This document shows, one piece after another, positions 25,087-39,600 of a stretch of DNA of 64,000 nucleotides. A program made the position numbers and the translations under genes. The notes beneath the pieces are model-generated. The model was given only the letters and a program-made list of their open reading frames with translations. It searched no databases and was not told where the DNA came from. This stretch comes from Octopus bimaculoides (taxonomy: Eukaryota). Location of the stretch: NCBI RefSeq assembly GCF_001194135.2, contig NC_068990.1, forward strand, positions 70,476,452 to 70,540,451, read 5' to 3'. Every line of letters begins with the position of its first letter. Position 1 is the stretch's first letter.

Positions 25087-28000
25087 AGATGTGTGTGTGT
25101 GCACATATATATTTTAGATTTTTCTTAATTGCTGATGTTTGATGTAGATAATGTTATTGAAGTGGAGGAGTTGCTGCAGATGAAGACATTGTGATCAATA
25201 TAAAAGAATACGATAAAAACATCTTATATTTCATAAGAACATATTCTATCAAATTCAATAGATTCCTGTAGATTGCATACAAACAGTGTTTTCTTCTTTT
25301 ATCGCATGTAGTTGTTGTTTGTTTGTTAAGATGTTCTCATATCTAAAGCCTTCAGGTGATTAACAATAATGAGGGTGTATTTATGAATAACAGAAATAGT
25401 TTTGATAAGATTTTCTCTGAGTGTGTGGTTTTTTTTTTTTTTAAATTTTATAAATGAAGTTACTTTTGTGATTATGAAGGCACCTATTTTTAATCTGTCT
25501 GTTTCTTATCTATCTCTAGAAATTAATATTTACCTGTTTAGTAAATTAGAAAAGTAGAATTGAATTTGTTATTTCTTATTACTATTTTATGTAGGAAATT
25601 AAATGAAAATGTGTCAATGACCACATGAGAGATAGCTATGCATGCAGATAATGTAACGTGTGTGTGTGTATGTGTGTTCATATAGGCCTCTGTAGGTGCA
25701 CATGTGGCTGTGTGGTAAGAAGTTTGCTTCCCAACCACAAGGCTCTGGGTTCAAGGAAGGGATTTAGTTGATTTCATTGACCCCAGTGTTCAACTGGTAC
25801 TTATTTTATCAACTCTGAAAGAATGAAAGGCAAAGCCAACCATGGCAGAATTTGAACTCAGAATGTGAAAATGGATGAAATGCCACTAAGCATTTTGCCC
25901 AGTGTGCTAACGATTCTCTGGCTTACAACATCATGTCTTAGAATTGGAAGAGATGAAAAACTTAGAAGACTGTCAGGGTATTATTCTACCAACAGTTACT
26001 GTTTTGTTGTTGTCTTTTTTTTTTATTTTTGAATTGAAAAAATAATTTTTTTAAAAATGGAATGTGAGGTGACAGGTAAAATCCCCTGTTGTATTATTGA
26101 TTTACATTTTTTTTATTGATCCCACTGTATGGGTAAATGACAAGCTCAACCCAAGAGATTTGAACTAAGAAACCTGAAGTAACAAAGTAGATTATTCCAA
26201 GGAATCTACTTCAGCTGTTGGCCATCTGAGATGATTAATCATAAATAACTGAATAACAAACAGGCTGATAAAATTTGGTGGTGGTAGTGGTAGTAGGAGG
26301 GGGTGGCAGTAGGTGAAGAGTGACATTTTATGTGTGTGTGTGTTGGTTTTACATTCATGTTTAGATGTGAGAGAGAGGAGTGTATGTGTAAAGGGGACTT
26401 GATATCACTGTTAATTTAGTCTGTCTGTTATTAAGAGATTACTGGATAATCTCTGTTGTTTACTTTGTGAACAAATAGTCTTATTGACTGAAAGATATTT
26501 GAGGGTATTGTAGTAGTTGTGTGTGTGCGTGTACATGCACACTCATGAAAACATGTATGTACAGACACATGCACTTGCACACACTCTCATCTATTTTTAC
26601 CCCACCCCTTTTTATCTATACATGCACATTCTCATACAAGCATATATACACTCATGCTTTCTCTACACACACTCTTACTGTCATTCATATGCACTTATAC
26701 ATGAATATATATTTGAACTTCCCATGCACGCATATACATATGCTTTCTTATGGACTCTTAGGCAACTCACATATGCTTTCTTATATATACACACCCATAC
26801 ATGCATGCACTTCTACAAACACACACACACGCATGTGTTTTCATATATCTCCTCCTGTATTTTTTACCCTCTTATAACCCACTTGCAACTTACACAGTGC
26901 TTGACACACTTTTTCAGAAAGTGTTTATGTGACTCTCATTTCTTTTAATGAAGAGTTGTAGTCTGAATTAAATTCAATATCAACAGCTTTAGTATTTCTG
27001 AAAAACTTGATAAACTTGAATTCTCTTTTCAACAATTTTCTCTTAAAAGCAAATATTTTCAAGTAAATCCATTGTCACTGATGCATGCATGCATGGCTGT
27101 ATGGTTAAGAAGTTTGCTTCACAACCACATGGTTTCAGGTTCATTCCCACCATACAGAACTTTGGGAAAGTATTTCTACCATAGTATTAGCTTGAGCACT
27201 GTATTATGAATACAAATAATTTAGTAGACAGAAATTATGTAGACATTTATAAATATAATTAGGTAAATGGGAATAACACATATCTATATTAGCTGTACAC
27301 ACTCTGTCCTTCAAATATTTTATATTTCCAAAATTCAACAACTCTACTCCTGACATGTACTGAGGACAATAAAAATAAGTACCAGCTTTGTGCTGGGGAT
27401 AATAAAGTAAAGTACCAATCAACTATTTGCCTCCATGTGTCTTACTCCATCCCACCTTCTGCAGCTACAATTTCAGGCCTTGTGCCTACATTAGGAACAC
27501 TTAAACAAAACTATGAAATCGTAAGACAATAAAAGCATGGCTTCTGTTTGTCTGTGTTTTCACCCTATTACTCCAAGACTGGATATTTCTAGTTTGAACT
27601 GTTGAAGTATTTGCAATATACTCTGGTTAATGGCCTGTGTTGTGTGGTACCTTCTGAAAATAGTCTAATTCATTCTTGGAATGGCTTAAAGAGCACATCA
27701 ACAAGCCAAGCTAAGCATGTAAGTGTGTATGTATGTATGTTTGTGCATGTGTGTTGTAGGTAAATGTATAGAGGAGGAAGAAGATGATAGTCATTTTATG
27801 TGAAGGAGGTGGAGTAGGGTGTTAAATGTGCTGATTCAACAACAGCTGTGAGCAAGCATTTATACCTTAACTGTAAGAGGAACCGACAGTGAGTGGGGGT
27901 GGAGTTAAATGTATAGGGATAGGGAGAAATGAGAGAGAAGCACAGAGGATTACAGGATACTGAGGAAAATAGGCTAATCCTGTTGTGATAAGATTATGTA

Positions 28001-28367
28001 GGATTAATGGATTAATGTCTCATCTAAGATCCAGTAAATCTTTTGAATAGAGTTAAAATGGAAGTAGTTGCTGTGATTATTGGAAAGGGTTTACAGTTTT
28101 TCAAGTCATTTAACAGTGTCATGAGGGAAAAAAGGGACAAATTTTATTGCTGTCATTTGAGGGAATTTTAGAACTGTGTATGGAATAGGGGTAAAAGAGG
28201 CAGTGATGCAGGATAACATTGATACTGTAGAGAGGGAATACTTGGGTACCACTGTAGACGAGGTACTTGGATAGTATAGAATGTCAGTAAGGTGGAGAAA
28301 GGAGGTTTTCAATGAAGGATTTAATAGAGTTTGTGTGGACTTTCAGATAATGTAGGATATGGGGCAC

Positions 28368-28785
28368 AAGCATGACTGTATGGCAAGAAGTTTGCTTCCC
28401 AGCCACATGGTTTCGGGTTCAGTCCCACTGTGTGGCACCTTGGGCAAGTGTCTCACTGTGTGGAACCTTGAGCAAATGTCTTCTACTACAACCTTGGGCT
28501 GACCAAAGCTTTGTGAGTTGATTCGATAGCCACAAACTGAAAGAAGACAATCATATATATATATGTGTGTGTGTATGTTTGTTTCCCATCACTGCCTGAC
28601 AACTGGTGTTGGTGTGCTTATGTTCTCGTAACTTAGTGTTTCAGCAAAGAAACCAATAGAATAAGTATCAGGCTTCAAAAGAAAATGAGTACTGGGGTCA
28701 GATAATTTGACGAAAATTCTTAAGGTGGTGCTCCAGCAAGCTGAAGTCTAAAGACTGAAACAAGTAAAAGGTAAAAGATAAAAGA
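28368..28785 (+). mobile_element. Full-length bipartite SINE (about 420 bp) with internal TA/TG microsatellite
   Basis: Head gcatgactgtatggcaagaagtttgcttcccagccacatggtttcgggttcagtccc, then a TA/TG spacer, then 3' half ...ggtggtgctccagc...gactgaaacaagtaaaaggtaaaagataaaag. Resembles described Octopus tRNA-derived SINEs (OK/OR type); the family name is not verified. Confidence 0.8.
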
Positions 28786-30798
28786 TAGTTCAGTATTGTG
28801 GAATCTTGAGTTGGCGGTTAAATGTACTGTGTAGCCTATCAGTTAGGGTGTTAGACTCATGATTATGAGGTCATAGGTTCAGATCTCAAACCAGGCATGA
28901 CAAATTGTATCCTTGAGCAAAGTACTTCAATTCATATTGCTTTATTTAGTCTGCTGTGCAAGAAATAAGTACCAGCCGGTTCCTTGGGTAGCCTCTCTCC
29001 CCCTCCTGCAGTGATATCCTCAGTGTTCCACTGGATCAAAGGAGGACCAACAAGATGTCAATGTCTGCTCACAACTACAGAGGCAAACAATTTGCAAAAG
29101 CATTACTGATATTTCCAGCTCATACTTGCTTGCAAGTGATGGCCCTGGTTACTGGGAAAGAGTAGAAATATTGAGGGAGTTGTGGGATAGTTTTTGGTAG
29201 TGAAATTATATGAGACAATACAGGGGTATGTTATAAAGTGTTGAGTATAAAACTATTTATTGTACAGTAAATAAGTTGCTGCTATGAGTGTTTTAGGGGG
29301 TAACCAAAGTCTGAGGTATGAAAAATACTCAGGGAGTTGCAAAGGTAGGAAGAGATGTTGATCTATTATAGTTGTTAGAAGGCTTTCTCAAGACATTGAC
29401 TTGGTGTTGTTGTTTGATGAGACTCTTCAGACTGATTTGTTATTGTTGATTGATAAGATTTTCCAATCAAAGATATTCTAGCCATCACAATTCACCTGCT
29501 CTCGTTCTTTTTTATAATTTTTTTAAAGAATAGTATATCTAAGATTACATTATACATGTCCTTTTCTTTTAATATGATGAATTAAGAGTTGAGAGTGATT
29601 TGGCTGCCACTTCTAGCAGATTGAAAGACTTGTAGTTGTTCCCTCCATTAACTCATATCCCTTGTTTTAGATGTTGACTCTTTTTTAAGCAGTTTATGCA
29701 GGATCACATTAAATCTCAGTAAGTACTTGGGTCAAAATTTTTGACTAAACCCTCTGAGGCAATATCTCAGCATGGCATAATAATTTTTGTTTTCTTGTTT
29801 GGTTGTGAATAGAAGATGGGTTGTTTTGCTTGTTCTTGTTGTTGTTGTGGTGGTGGTGGTGATGTAACTCCCAGCTGAGTTTTAATTGAACTAGTAGAAT
29901 TGATTGCCTTTATTAGCAACTCCAATGACCACCACCATGTAGGATGGTGGTGGTAGTGGTGGTTATATGTGGCTTCCATAGGTTTTTGTAGGTGGGAGGT
30001 CTTGAGTTCAGCAGTTTGACATTGCCAGCTACAGAAACACTTATCAGTTCAATAGAACCCCACCCACCCACACTGCCTCCTAGTCTTATATTACAAAGTT
30101 CACCCCAGAATGAAAAGAAGGATTTCCTATTAGTTTTGGCCTATCTTTTGTATCCTTGCTGTTAATAACTTCACACCAAGCCACACAGACAGGCAATAGA
30201 GAAGGACTAAACACCACATTCATTGCTGCCTCCTCCACCCCTTCCTCTTCTTATTGTCTATTTTTGCCATATCTAACCATTGTCTTTCCCTTTCTAGCTT
30301 TCTCTTTCTGTACCTCTCATGCCTCTTGTCCCAGTTTGCTTGCAGGAACACACAAACATGTAAACACACTCATTTACAAACACTGTACAAATCTCTCTCT
30401 CTCTCTCTCTCTCTGTGCCTCACATAATATATGATCTTCTCCCACCCCTTGTCATTACCTGACTCTTGCCTCTAATACAACTATTACACACACACACACA
30501 CACTAATTACTGTATTATTTTCGCAGTGTGAAACTATGTTTTGGACTGGTGTGCTGTCCTAGGTTTGATCTACTTATGTTAAATGGGTAATTTTACCAGG
30601 TTTAAATGTCTAAAGTGTGTGTGTTTGATGGAGGAGAGGAAGAAGAAAAGAAAGAGAGAGAAATAAGGAAGGAAGTTAGAGATTGAAAAAATGTTTTTAA
30701 AAAAAGTAGACACAGCATGAGAGACAGAGAATGAAAGAGTGATGTGAATTTACCAACTAGCTGAATATTTTTGTATTTAAATGTAATTTATTGACAAG

Positions 30799-30845
<47 letters not shown>

Positions 30846-31312
30846 GTCTTTGGTGCCATATTATGTTTGACATGAGTCCTTGTATGTGTTTGTGTGTTGA
30901 GATGTGTTCTATGTGGTCATATGAACTTCTATTTGGCTGTTTAAAGACTGCTGAAATAGCAGCAGCAGCAGAAATGGCAGGAATACCAATGGATATAAAC
31001 ACACCCTTTCTCTCTCTCTCCCTAATAAAGAGATGTCCAATGGACACATCTTTTACTTGTTTCAGTCATTAGACTTTGGCCGTGCTGGGGGACAATCTGG
31101 AGGACTTTTTAGATGAATGAATCAACCCCAATGCTATTTTTTTAAAGCTTGGCACTTACTCTGTTAGTTGCTTTTGGCAAACTGCTAAGTTATGGAGTTG
31201 TAAACACTCCAGTACCGGTTGTCAAGTGGGGATGGTGGTAGGGACAAATACAGACATAAAGACACTTACACACACATAGATATTACCTAATTCTATTGGA
31301 TCCTGAAAATTA

Positions 31313-32107
31313 TATGATGAGGTACCCAAAAGAAACCGGAAATGTTTTCTGTGGGATAAGCCCATTGTAGTTCAGGCTTTTGCCACTAGAGGCCACTTGA
31401 TGCAACTCTCAGACATCAGTCTGCCAACCAGTGACATTGACTGGAATCATACTGCCATGTGATGCATCTTTGTTTTGCAATGCTTCTCCCCTGTTCATCG
31501 ATTTTTGTGATGGCTGAAATTAAAGGAACAGTGTTCTTCCATAAAATTCTGTTTCCTGCCAGGGAAAATGGTAGCCAAAAGAGTTATCATGCTTCAAACA
31601 GCTTGCAAGGATGCTGCTCTGAGCAAAAACACAAGTTTAAGAGTGGTTTTCATGCTTTAGGAATGGTCACTTGTCACTTGAGTACTAACCTCATCCAGAA
31701 TGGCCGTTGACTCCTGAACGAATGAAAACATCATGAAAATTCATGAACTGATCTTGGAGGACCATCACCAAACAATTGACGATCTTGTTGATATGACTGG
31801 TGTGTCCTGGAGCTCCTGCCAACGAATTTTGAGTGAGGAATTGTGAATGAAAAGAGTTGCAACAAAATTTGTGCCTCACTTGCTCATGGAAGATCAAAAA
31901 CAGTCACAACTGAATGAGTGTCACAAACTGAAAGAACAGTTGGAAGTTGATCTGGACCTTTTCTTGAAGGTCATCACTGGTAATGAAAGCTAGTGCTACG
32001 GAATTTGCAGATGTGGAAGAGGTGAAGAAAAAAAATCAATGGAGGCATTAAAAGGCATCACTTAGCAAGAGTTCCAGCACTGCTTTGAATAGTTGAAAAC
32101 ATGCCTG
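31313..32107 (+). mobile_element. Internally deleted mariner remnant
   Basis: KIHELILEDHHQTIDDLVDMTGVSWSSCQRILSEEL*MKRVATKFVPHLL...KVITGNES*CYG is joined directly to FADVEEVKKKSMEALKGIT. Left end tatgatgaggtacccaaaagaaaccggaa. Confidence 0.85.
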
Positions 32108-32117
32108 NNNNNNNNNN

Positions 32118-32164
<47 letters not shown>

Positions 32165-32389
32165 TGATGGGCTTCTTTCTGTTTCTATCTGCCAAGTCCA
32201 CTTACAAGGCTTTAGTCGACCCAAGGCTAAAAGCACAAAACATTTGCCCAAGGTGCCACACAGTAGGACTGGTTGGGAAGCGAGACTCTTACCACACAGC
32301 CATGCCTGCTTCTATATAAGGAGCAATTATGAAATAACTTTACACACACACACACACATAGTATTCTGGCTAAAATTTTCATAAAAGGA

Positions 32390-33240
32390 AGACATAGTAT
32401 CTCATCTTAAAATAAAATCATTTAAAAAAAAAGCAAAAAATATCAACTAGAGATACAGTTTATTCAAAATAGCTGTCCTCAGCTTCAACCGTGGCCTCAA
32501 GACAGCTTTGTAACCTGGAATATGCATTCCTAACTCAATCCTTGGGAAGATCTTTGAACACCTCCTTGATTTTGGCCACCAGCTCAGCCTTTGTGTTGCA
32601 AGCAGAGCAGTTGGTATATTTCTCAATTGTAACTCACACATAGCAATACATGGAATTACAGTCAGGGGAATTAGGAAACCAGAAACTGAAGGGAGTGATG
32701 TTGTAGAAATTCTCTCTGACAACTTCCTTTGACTCTTTCCAAAGGTATGGCAAAGAGCCAAATCCTGCCGCTATGCATTATGGCCTTCCATTAGCGACCC
32801 TCTCCAGTCAAAGTTTGACCACAGACTCCAGCAACTTCACATAGCCATGTGAATTGAGCCTAAGGCTCTGTCTGCAGTTGTTGGATGAATTGCAGCCTGT
32901 GGACGCAATCAGAATTCCTGCTGTATTCCTTTCCACTGGCCATGGCATCATAGTCTCTTGCAGCCATCCATGTCACATCTTACAGCCTTTACAGTGTTCA
33001 GAAAACATTGAGCAGCCATCATGATGTTGGCATTTTAATACCTGGTGCGAATCATCATGATACAGGTTACTCTTTCCCAATATTCAGATGGCTTCCAGTC
33101 CCCCATGTCAGCTAACTTTTTCTCTGCTACAACTTTAATCTTTACGCTTTCCAACAGCCATGACTGTTCACCAATACATCAAGCTGTTCCTGATATAAAA
33201 GAGACATAAAAATCAACAAATTTAGCTCGAACACCCTGTA
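32390..33240 (-). mobile_element. Decayed maT/DD37D-like Tc1-mariner transposon
   Basis: Minus strand FWFPNSPDCNSMYCYV...CNTKAELVAKIKEVFKDLPKD*VRNAYSRLQSCLEATVEAEDSYFE. The 5' terminus is tacagggtgttcgagctaaattt. Confidence 0.75.
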
Positions 33241-34689
33241 TGTATTATGGCCAGGCTAGGGCACTGTCTTGAAAGGTTTAGTCAAAAAAAAAAAAAAATC
33301 AGCCCTAGTATTTAGTCTCTTTTGCTAAACTGCTAAGTTACAGGGAACATAATCAAACCAACAATGGTTGTCAAGCAATGGTGGGTAACACACACGCACG
33401 CACGCACGCACACACACACACTCTAGGCTTTCACACAGTTTCTGACTATCAAATTCACTCACAAGGCATTAGTTGGCCAGTGGCTATAGTAGAAGACACC
33501 CTAAGTGCTGCACAGTAGGACTGAACCTGAAACCACATGGTTGCAAAGATAGCTTCTTAACCACATAGCCATGCTTGTCTGTCTGTCTGTCTGTCTGTGT
33601 ATCTGCTTACTTGCCTGCCTGTTTGTATGTATGTATGTATGCATATTTCTTGTCCTGTTCACTTAACTGAGTGTTGGGCCTTATTTATTGGCTATGTGAT
33701 TTGTGATGTTAACTAATACAAGTTGTCCTCACAGCTCAGCACGTTGCAGTGTTTATTGAAAATGTGTTGTATCTTGTTAATTGGCAGAATAGTTTGTTTT
33801 CTTAGCTGATTGTGTGGTGTGACTTGTTAACTAGGAATGTCGAACAAAACCCCATATAAGACAAAACTAGAAAAAAACACCTAAAGACAAAAAATTAAAA
33901 AAAACAAGCAATTTTTATATCATAATTTTTATTCTTAATATTTGTAGTTTATGAACACTTCTCTTAGGTGTAAATTAATACATTATATAATAACCCCAAT
34001 TACAAAATGAGCATAATAAAAAGAGCATCATACCATATCTTTGAAAAATTAGAACAAACACAGTATTGAAAATATCATTAAGTGTTGAGGTTCATTCAAA
34101 GTTCACCTTGCTACAACCTGATGCTGTGCCCTGCACCATTCAGCAGTTCCTTCATTGTCGTCCTCTTGTTCACATAGTCTAGAGGTAGCTTTTATCCTAG
34201 GGGTGTTTTGTCTGGACCCTGTTAACTAGTGGTGTGCTGTGCCATGTTGATGATACTTGGGTATGTCCCATACCTAGGTTATCATCAGTATAATTCAGTA
34301 TAACTCATTAACCTGTAGTATGTTTTGTTGCATGATCATTCATCATCCAATTAATTCTGTGTTGTAATTAGTTGTTAATTTGTATGTAGATATACATTAC
34401 ACCTGGCTTATATTAGGGTTAGCTAACTACTAACATATTGGGGCCAGTTAGCTAAGAATCACTAAACTTCAAGAACCATTCTCTCATCATTGCAGTCTTC
34501 TGGAAGTGATTATGTAAAACTACAAAATAAAAATAATAATCACATGACCAGGCAGTCAAGACTTTTCTTCAACTACTTTCCTTTCGTTTTTTTTTTATCT
34601 TTTTATTTTTGAATTTTTTGAATGATTTATTCTAAAATTGTAAGACTAACTTGCTCACATCCCTCTCCTGCCACCACCATAACTCTGTT

Positions 34690-34945
34690 TTTATTCATAA
34701 GTTCTCTTTATTACAAACTCCTCCATCCATATTGCAACTACCCCTTTCTGTATTACAACTAACCTGCCCTCTGTATCACAGCTACCCACTCTGTATTATA
34801 ATCAAACCCTCTCCATATTATCACCGCCTTTCCTTTTTGTTACCACTCATTCCCATCCCTATTACAACTAACCCTCCTCCTATGTTACAGCTACCTCCCC
34901 CCATGTTACAACTGTCCCTCCCTCCATATTACAACTAACCCCTTA
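34690..34945. repeat. Degenerate C-rich minisatellite, unit about 20-24 bp (tattacaactaccc...)
   Basis: Recurrent attacaact/ttacagct motifs separated by pyrimidine runs, roughly 10 copies. Confidence 0.6.
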
Positions 34946-37486
34946 CATGTTTCCCTCCCTTGTTTCATTCTTTCACCAAAGTACCTCCACTGTTTCTCTT
35001 CTCAACTACATAAAAGAAGATGAGAAAAATCCTTGTCGCCCACCACCCCTCACCCTACATTTTCTTCACTGGAACACATTGTTGTCAAGGCAACACTTTG
35101 GATGTTTTCAACTTAGGTATGTTTTACCCTAATTGCCAGATGCCTGGGGAGTGTAAGGGTGGAAGTGTTGATATTAAAATGATTACATATTAATCATTTA
35201 ATACTGTTTTATTGTAGCAGTAACCCTATCATGTTACAGATTGTGTGGGAAATGCTTAAATTTCATTTACTGCAAGGAATTTTTATTGTTACTGAAATGA
35301 TAGGGTCCCCAAATATTATTATTTTATTATCATTGTTGTTGTTGTTGTTGCTGCTGCTGTTGTTGTTATTACTTAGCTCGGTATCTATTTAAATAGTCCT
35401 TCATTCCTAAGCCTCCTTTAAAAAGCTGTTAAAAAAAGGTAAAAAAAATTGCACTTTATGAAATTAAAATCACCATGAAATGTGTGCTTGTGTGTATATG
35501 AAAATATGAGTGCATTTGTGTGCCTGTCTGTATGTATGTCATACACATTAATTTATACTTGTGTGCATAACATCTCCTGACAAGGGCTATCACAAGGCCG
35601 TGTGTTTGTCCTTTCTCTGAAAAATATGTAAAATGTAAAATATTTTATTTGGAAAAGGACAGATACTTCACAAGAAAGAGAGAGAGAGATGTACAACAAG
35701 CTACCTGAAGAGTATTTATGGTGAGGTATTTATGTTATGTGACAGGCTAAATGATAGCCAGCTCTCTTCCAGAAATTGTTGTTGTCACTATGTATCATGT
35801 GATGTGCTGTTAGTTGTATAAGATGTTTAACTCATGCAGAAAGCATCCTTGGGAAATATTCTCCAGTATTTATGTAAATTAGTGCTGTTTATTTTATTTT
35901 AATTCCTTAACAGGATTATAATATTTAATTTGTTAACAAGCCTTACATTTAGATCTGTTTTTGCTTTAAATGGATTACAATAAGCCACCAACAGTTTGTG
36001 TTGTTTAATCCATATCAGATGTCTTTTCAATTAATATATCTTTGTATTAAACTTATAACATAGTTGTAATGGTCCTAAAACAAGATTTTGGATTGTTGTT
36101 AAATAATCTCTGGTTAACTCTCTCTTCTATTTAAGCCTTAGAATGAAAACACTGGCATACTTTCTGCATGAGAAACAAATAGTTAAGTGCAGGTTAATAT
36201 ATTTAGTGCAGTGAACCAGAACAAATGGTTTGCTAATTAAAATTACATTTATACTGAGTTGAGTGAATTGGTATTAGAGGCATTAAAGCATCAGACAGAA
36301 TACTTTGTGGTATTTGTTGTGACTCTCAACACTCTCAGTTCAAATCACACCTAGGTCAGCTTTTCCTTTCCTCTTTTCAGGGTCAATGATATAAAGTATC
36401 AATCCAAGGTAGGGACTTCATGGAATTAAAACAATGTGGGATCTAATACCTTGTGGTATTTGTTCCAGCTCTTGGCATTCTGAGTTCAATTCCCACCAGG
36501 GCCTACATAGATGGTAGACTTAACCTGTCCCCTACTTTAATACTACCACCTGTAACCATGGGTACCTTTAGTGGGAATCCACTCTATTGCAGGCATTTGA
36601 GCCAGATTTCCAGTTTGAGGAGCCTTCTTTCCCCCTTCAATCTCATAATTCCTATAATCTGTCATAGACACTGCCTCCCGCCTTCCTGACAAAAAGAAAA
36701 AAAAAGAAAATTATGAAAAGGTAAGGCAGAGAACTCTGAAATTTAAATTGATTAAAAATAAAATATTGTCATAGAATGGAGAATGAATCTGATGTTTGGT
36801 AGTCATGGTAACAACTCCAGGGTGTAGTGAAGTAGCCAATGAAATAAGAACTAAGTATGGAATTGACTCTGGCAGTTGCCTGTCTATATGTCAATACCTA
36901 CCAGCACCACTAGATGTAGATAGAAAATATAAACAGTCCAACATCTCCATAGATTGTGTATCTTATGATTCTGTTACTGCGATCAGTGACAGTCTTATAG
37001 TCATTATGAGATCTATTAAAATTTGGTGGTGTAGAAGAACAGTGTCTATGACCATTACAGGGACCCTGAAATTGATGGGATGGAAAGAGGCAAATATCCT
37101 GAAACTGGAGTCCTGGCTTCAATGTCTGCTGTGGAGTTCACTCCACTGAAGTTACTCAAGGAACCGAGGTGTGGTGTTCAAGCAGATAATAAAGTTGACT
37201 CTTCCAGTCAGTCATGATGGGATTTGAACTCAGAATACAAAGAACCACTAGAAATACAGGAAAGCAGCCTATCCACTATTCTCACATTTCAACCAGTTCA
37301 CCACCACCTCCACCACCATCCTAAATTTGAGGAGGAGGTTTTGGTTAGTCCTATGTTCACTTGCTCTGAGAAACTCTAGAAAATATATATTCACCATCCT
37401 AGTTAACTTATTTTGATAAGGATATAGGTGTGTCAAAAGAAGAGTCAGGGTAAGACAGATGAAATAGAGAGAGTGAAGAAGAAGGA

Positions 37487-37557
<71 letters not shown>

Positions 37558-37889
37558 CTGCTATTGATGGGCAGCTTGTCTGACACTGCCATACTGAAAT
37601 ATGAAATAGAAGTAGCATTAGTGTAATAATCATTATCAAACGTTGAGTGTTAAAAAAACCTGAAAGTCATGGACAGGTCAGACAACTCACCTCAAATCCC
37701 ACCCAGGAGTGATGGACATTAATATAAAAATGTAATACGACTTGACTTGCTATAAATACAAACCAAATCTCCCTCAAGTCAGATTCTAAGAAAAGGAGGT
37801 TGACTTAAAGACAAATGACAAGGGTTGAAATACTTTTAATCAGAGATTGACTGAATCAAGCTGACCCTACAAAAATTGTATGTCTTCTA

Positions 37890-38272
37890 TCTATTACTTG
37901 TTTCAGACATTAAACAGCAACCGTGCTGGGGAACTGCCTTGAAGAATTTTAGTCGAATGAATCAATCCCAATATTTTTTTTCTTAAGTCTAATAGTTATT
38001 TTGTTGGTCTCTTTTACCAAACTAAGTAATGGGGACGTAAACAAACCAACACTGGTTGTCAAGTGGTAGAGGGGAACAGACTCAGACACAAAAACACACA
38101 TATATACATATGTGTGCTGGGCTTCTTTCAGTTTCCATTTACCAAATCCACTCGCAAGGCTTTGGTTGGCTCAAGGCTATAGTAGAAGACACTTGCCCAA
38201 AGTGCCACACAGTGGGACTGAACCCAGGACCATGTAGTTATGAAGCAAGCTTCTTACCTCACGGTCATGCCT
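37890..38272 (-). mobile_element. Bipartite SINE, near full length
   Basis: Reverse complement of 28368-28785. Confidence 0.75.
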
Positions 38273-39399
38273 TGTATTTATACATACATTTGTTAACATA
38301 TCCTGTTTCAATCCACCTTGCAATCCACACATTAGTTCATTTGTGCAACAAACAAAATATCAGGTATTTTCATTAAACTTGAAAGTTTAAATTACCTTGA
38401 TAAAAATCTAATTGTATCACAGGAACAGTTTGCTCTTGCTGGAAAAATGGTTTGTAGAGCATTAACGGAAAAACAGGATGCCTCAGAAATATGCTTTATT
38501 ATTACTGTTGTTGTTGTAGTGTGCTGATGAATAAATATGATACTTCAGAAGCATGCTTTATATTATTATTATTGTTGTTGTTGTTATGTGTGAGATGCTG
38601 GAGCTGATACCGGAAGGCTGTCTTTATCTAAACAAGATCTGTTCTGAAATGTAGTGGAATATGTTCTTTTATTCCATTTCCTCCAGGGTCTACAAGTAAG
38701 ATATTGGCTTGGCTCTTCCAACAAACACTCCTGTCTTAGAAAACAAGGTCTTGCACTTTGTCAAAGAAAAATGTCATCATGACATGCTCTTACTATTACT
38801 AGTACTGCCACTACCACCACTACATGTAAGGTTCCACAATTAAGTCAGAGAGCTTGCATGACCTGTTAGAAATAGCAGCCAAATCACCATCTAAATCACA
38901 CCCTGCAGGCTTATAAAAAGGGCACATTTGGGAACACAATGCTGGATACACAGTCTAAAAATAAGAAAGGTTGGTTATGGCTGGAATGTCATTGTTCATA
39001 TGTGTGTTGTTCCATCAGAACTGACCTGGGAACAAACAACAGCTATAGCCATACTTGTTTTAATGAACTTTTACTGGTCAGGTGTGTAAATTTAATCTTT
39101 TTGGTACCATATTTCTTTTGAAATGCACTGATTTTGTTTCAATTCATTTTGGAAATAATAAAAAAATTATTAAAATAACTTTGTAAGCTTGTATTTGGAA
39201 CATAAATTAACATGAAATTTTCATAAAAGGTTTTAATTTAGATGGCTTTAAAACATGAAGTTTGCATCAAAGAACCAGGGGCAGTTTTTGGCAGATGATT
39301 CCATTACATTGTGGATATATTTTGGAAAAGCGTCAATGTCATACATTCCTTATTCTGCTCTGCTATAATTTAGTAGTCATACCTTTGGCCCAAACAGAT

Positions 39400-39600
39400 G
39401 TGTACCTGACTTGATACTTTGTGGTATCTATTTTGGCCAGATGGGACAAGACTGGCTCAATCACCCGTGAATGTGAAGAAACAGACCATACTATGAAGCA
39501 CTGCCTTGTCTGCCCTCTGCTACCCAACCCCTTCAGCTCAAAAGACCTTTCAGTGTTCAATAAAAAATGCAAGGAACTATGTAAAGAAATGGGAAACTGT
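39400..39600 (+). mobile_element. Possible Ingi/Vingi- or RTE-X-like LINE C-terminal zinc-knuckle remnant
   Basis: ILARWDKTGSITRECEETDHTMKHCLVCPLLPNPFSSKDL resembles kW......CeCg...qTm.H.l.CP....cs..DL. Confidence 0.4.

Noticed and set aside
27572-27653. Minus-strand exon candidate (RYHTTQAINQSILQILQQFKLEISSLG)
   Set aside because: Weak donor (gtaata) and unrecognised peptide; within chance expectation.
36796-37149. 117-aa plus-strand ORF
   Set aside because: No recognisable domain or splice context; overlaps a repeat-like inverted pair.
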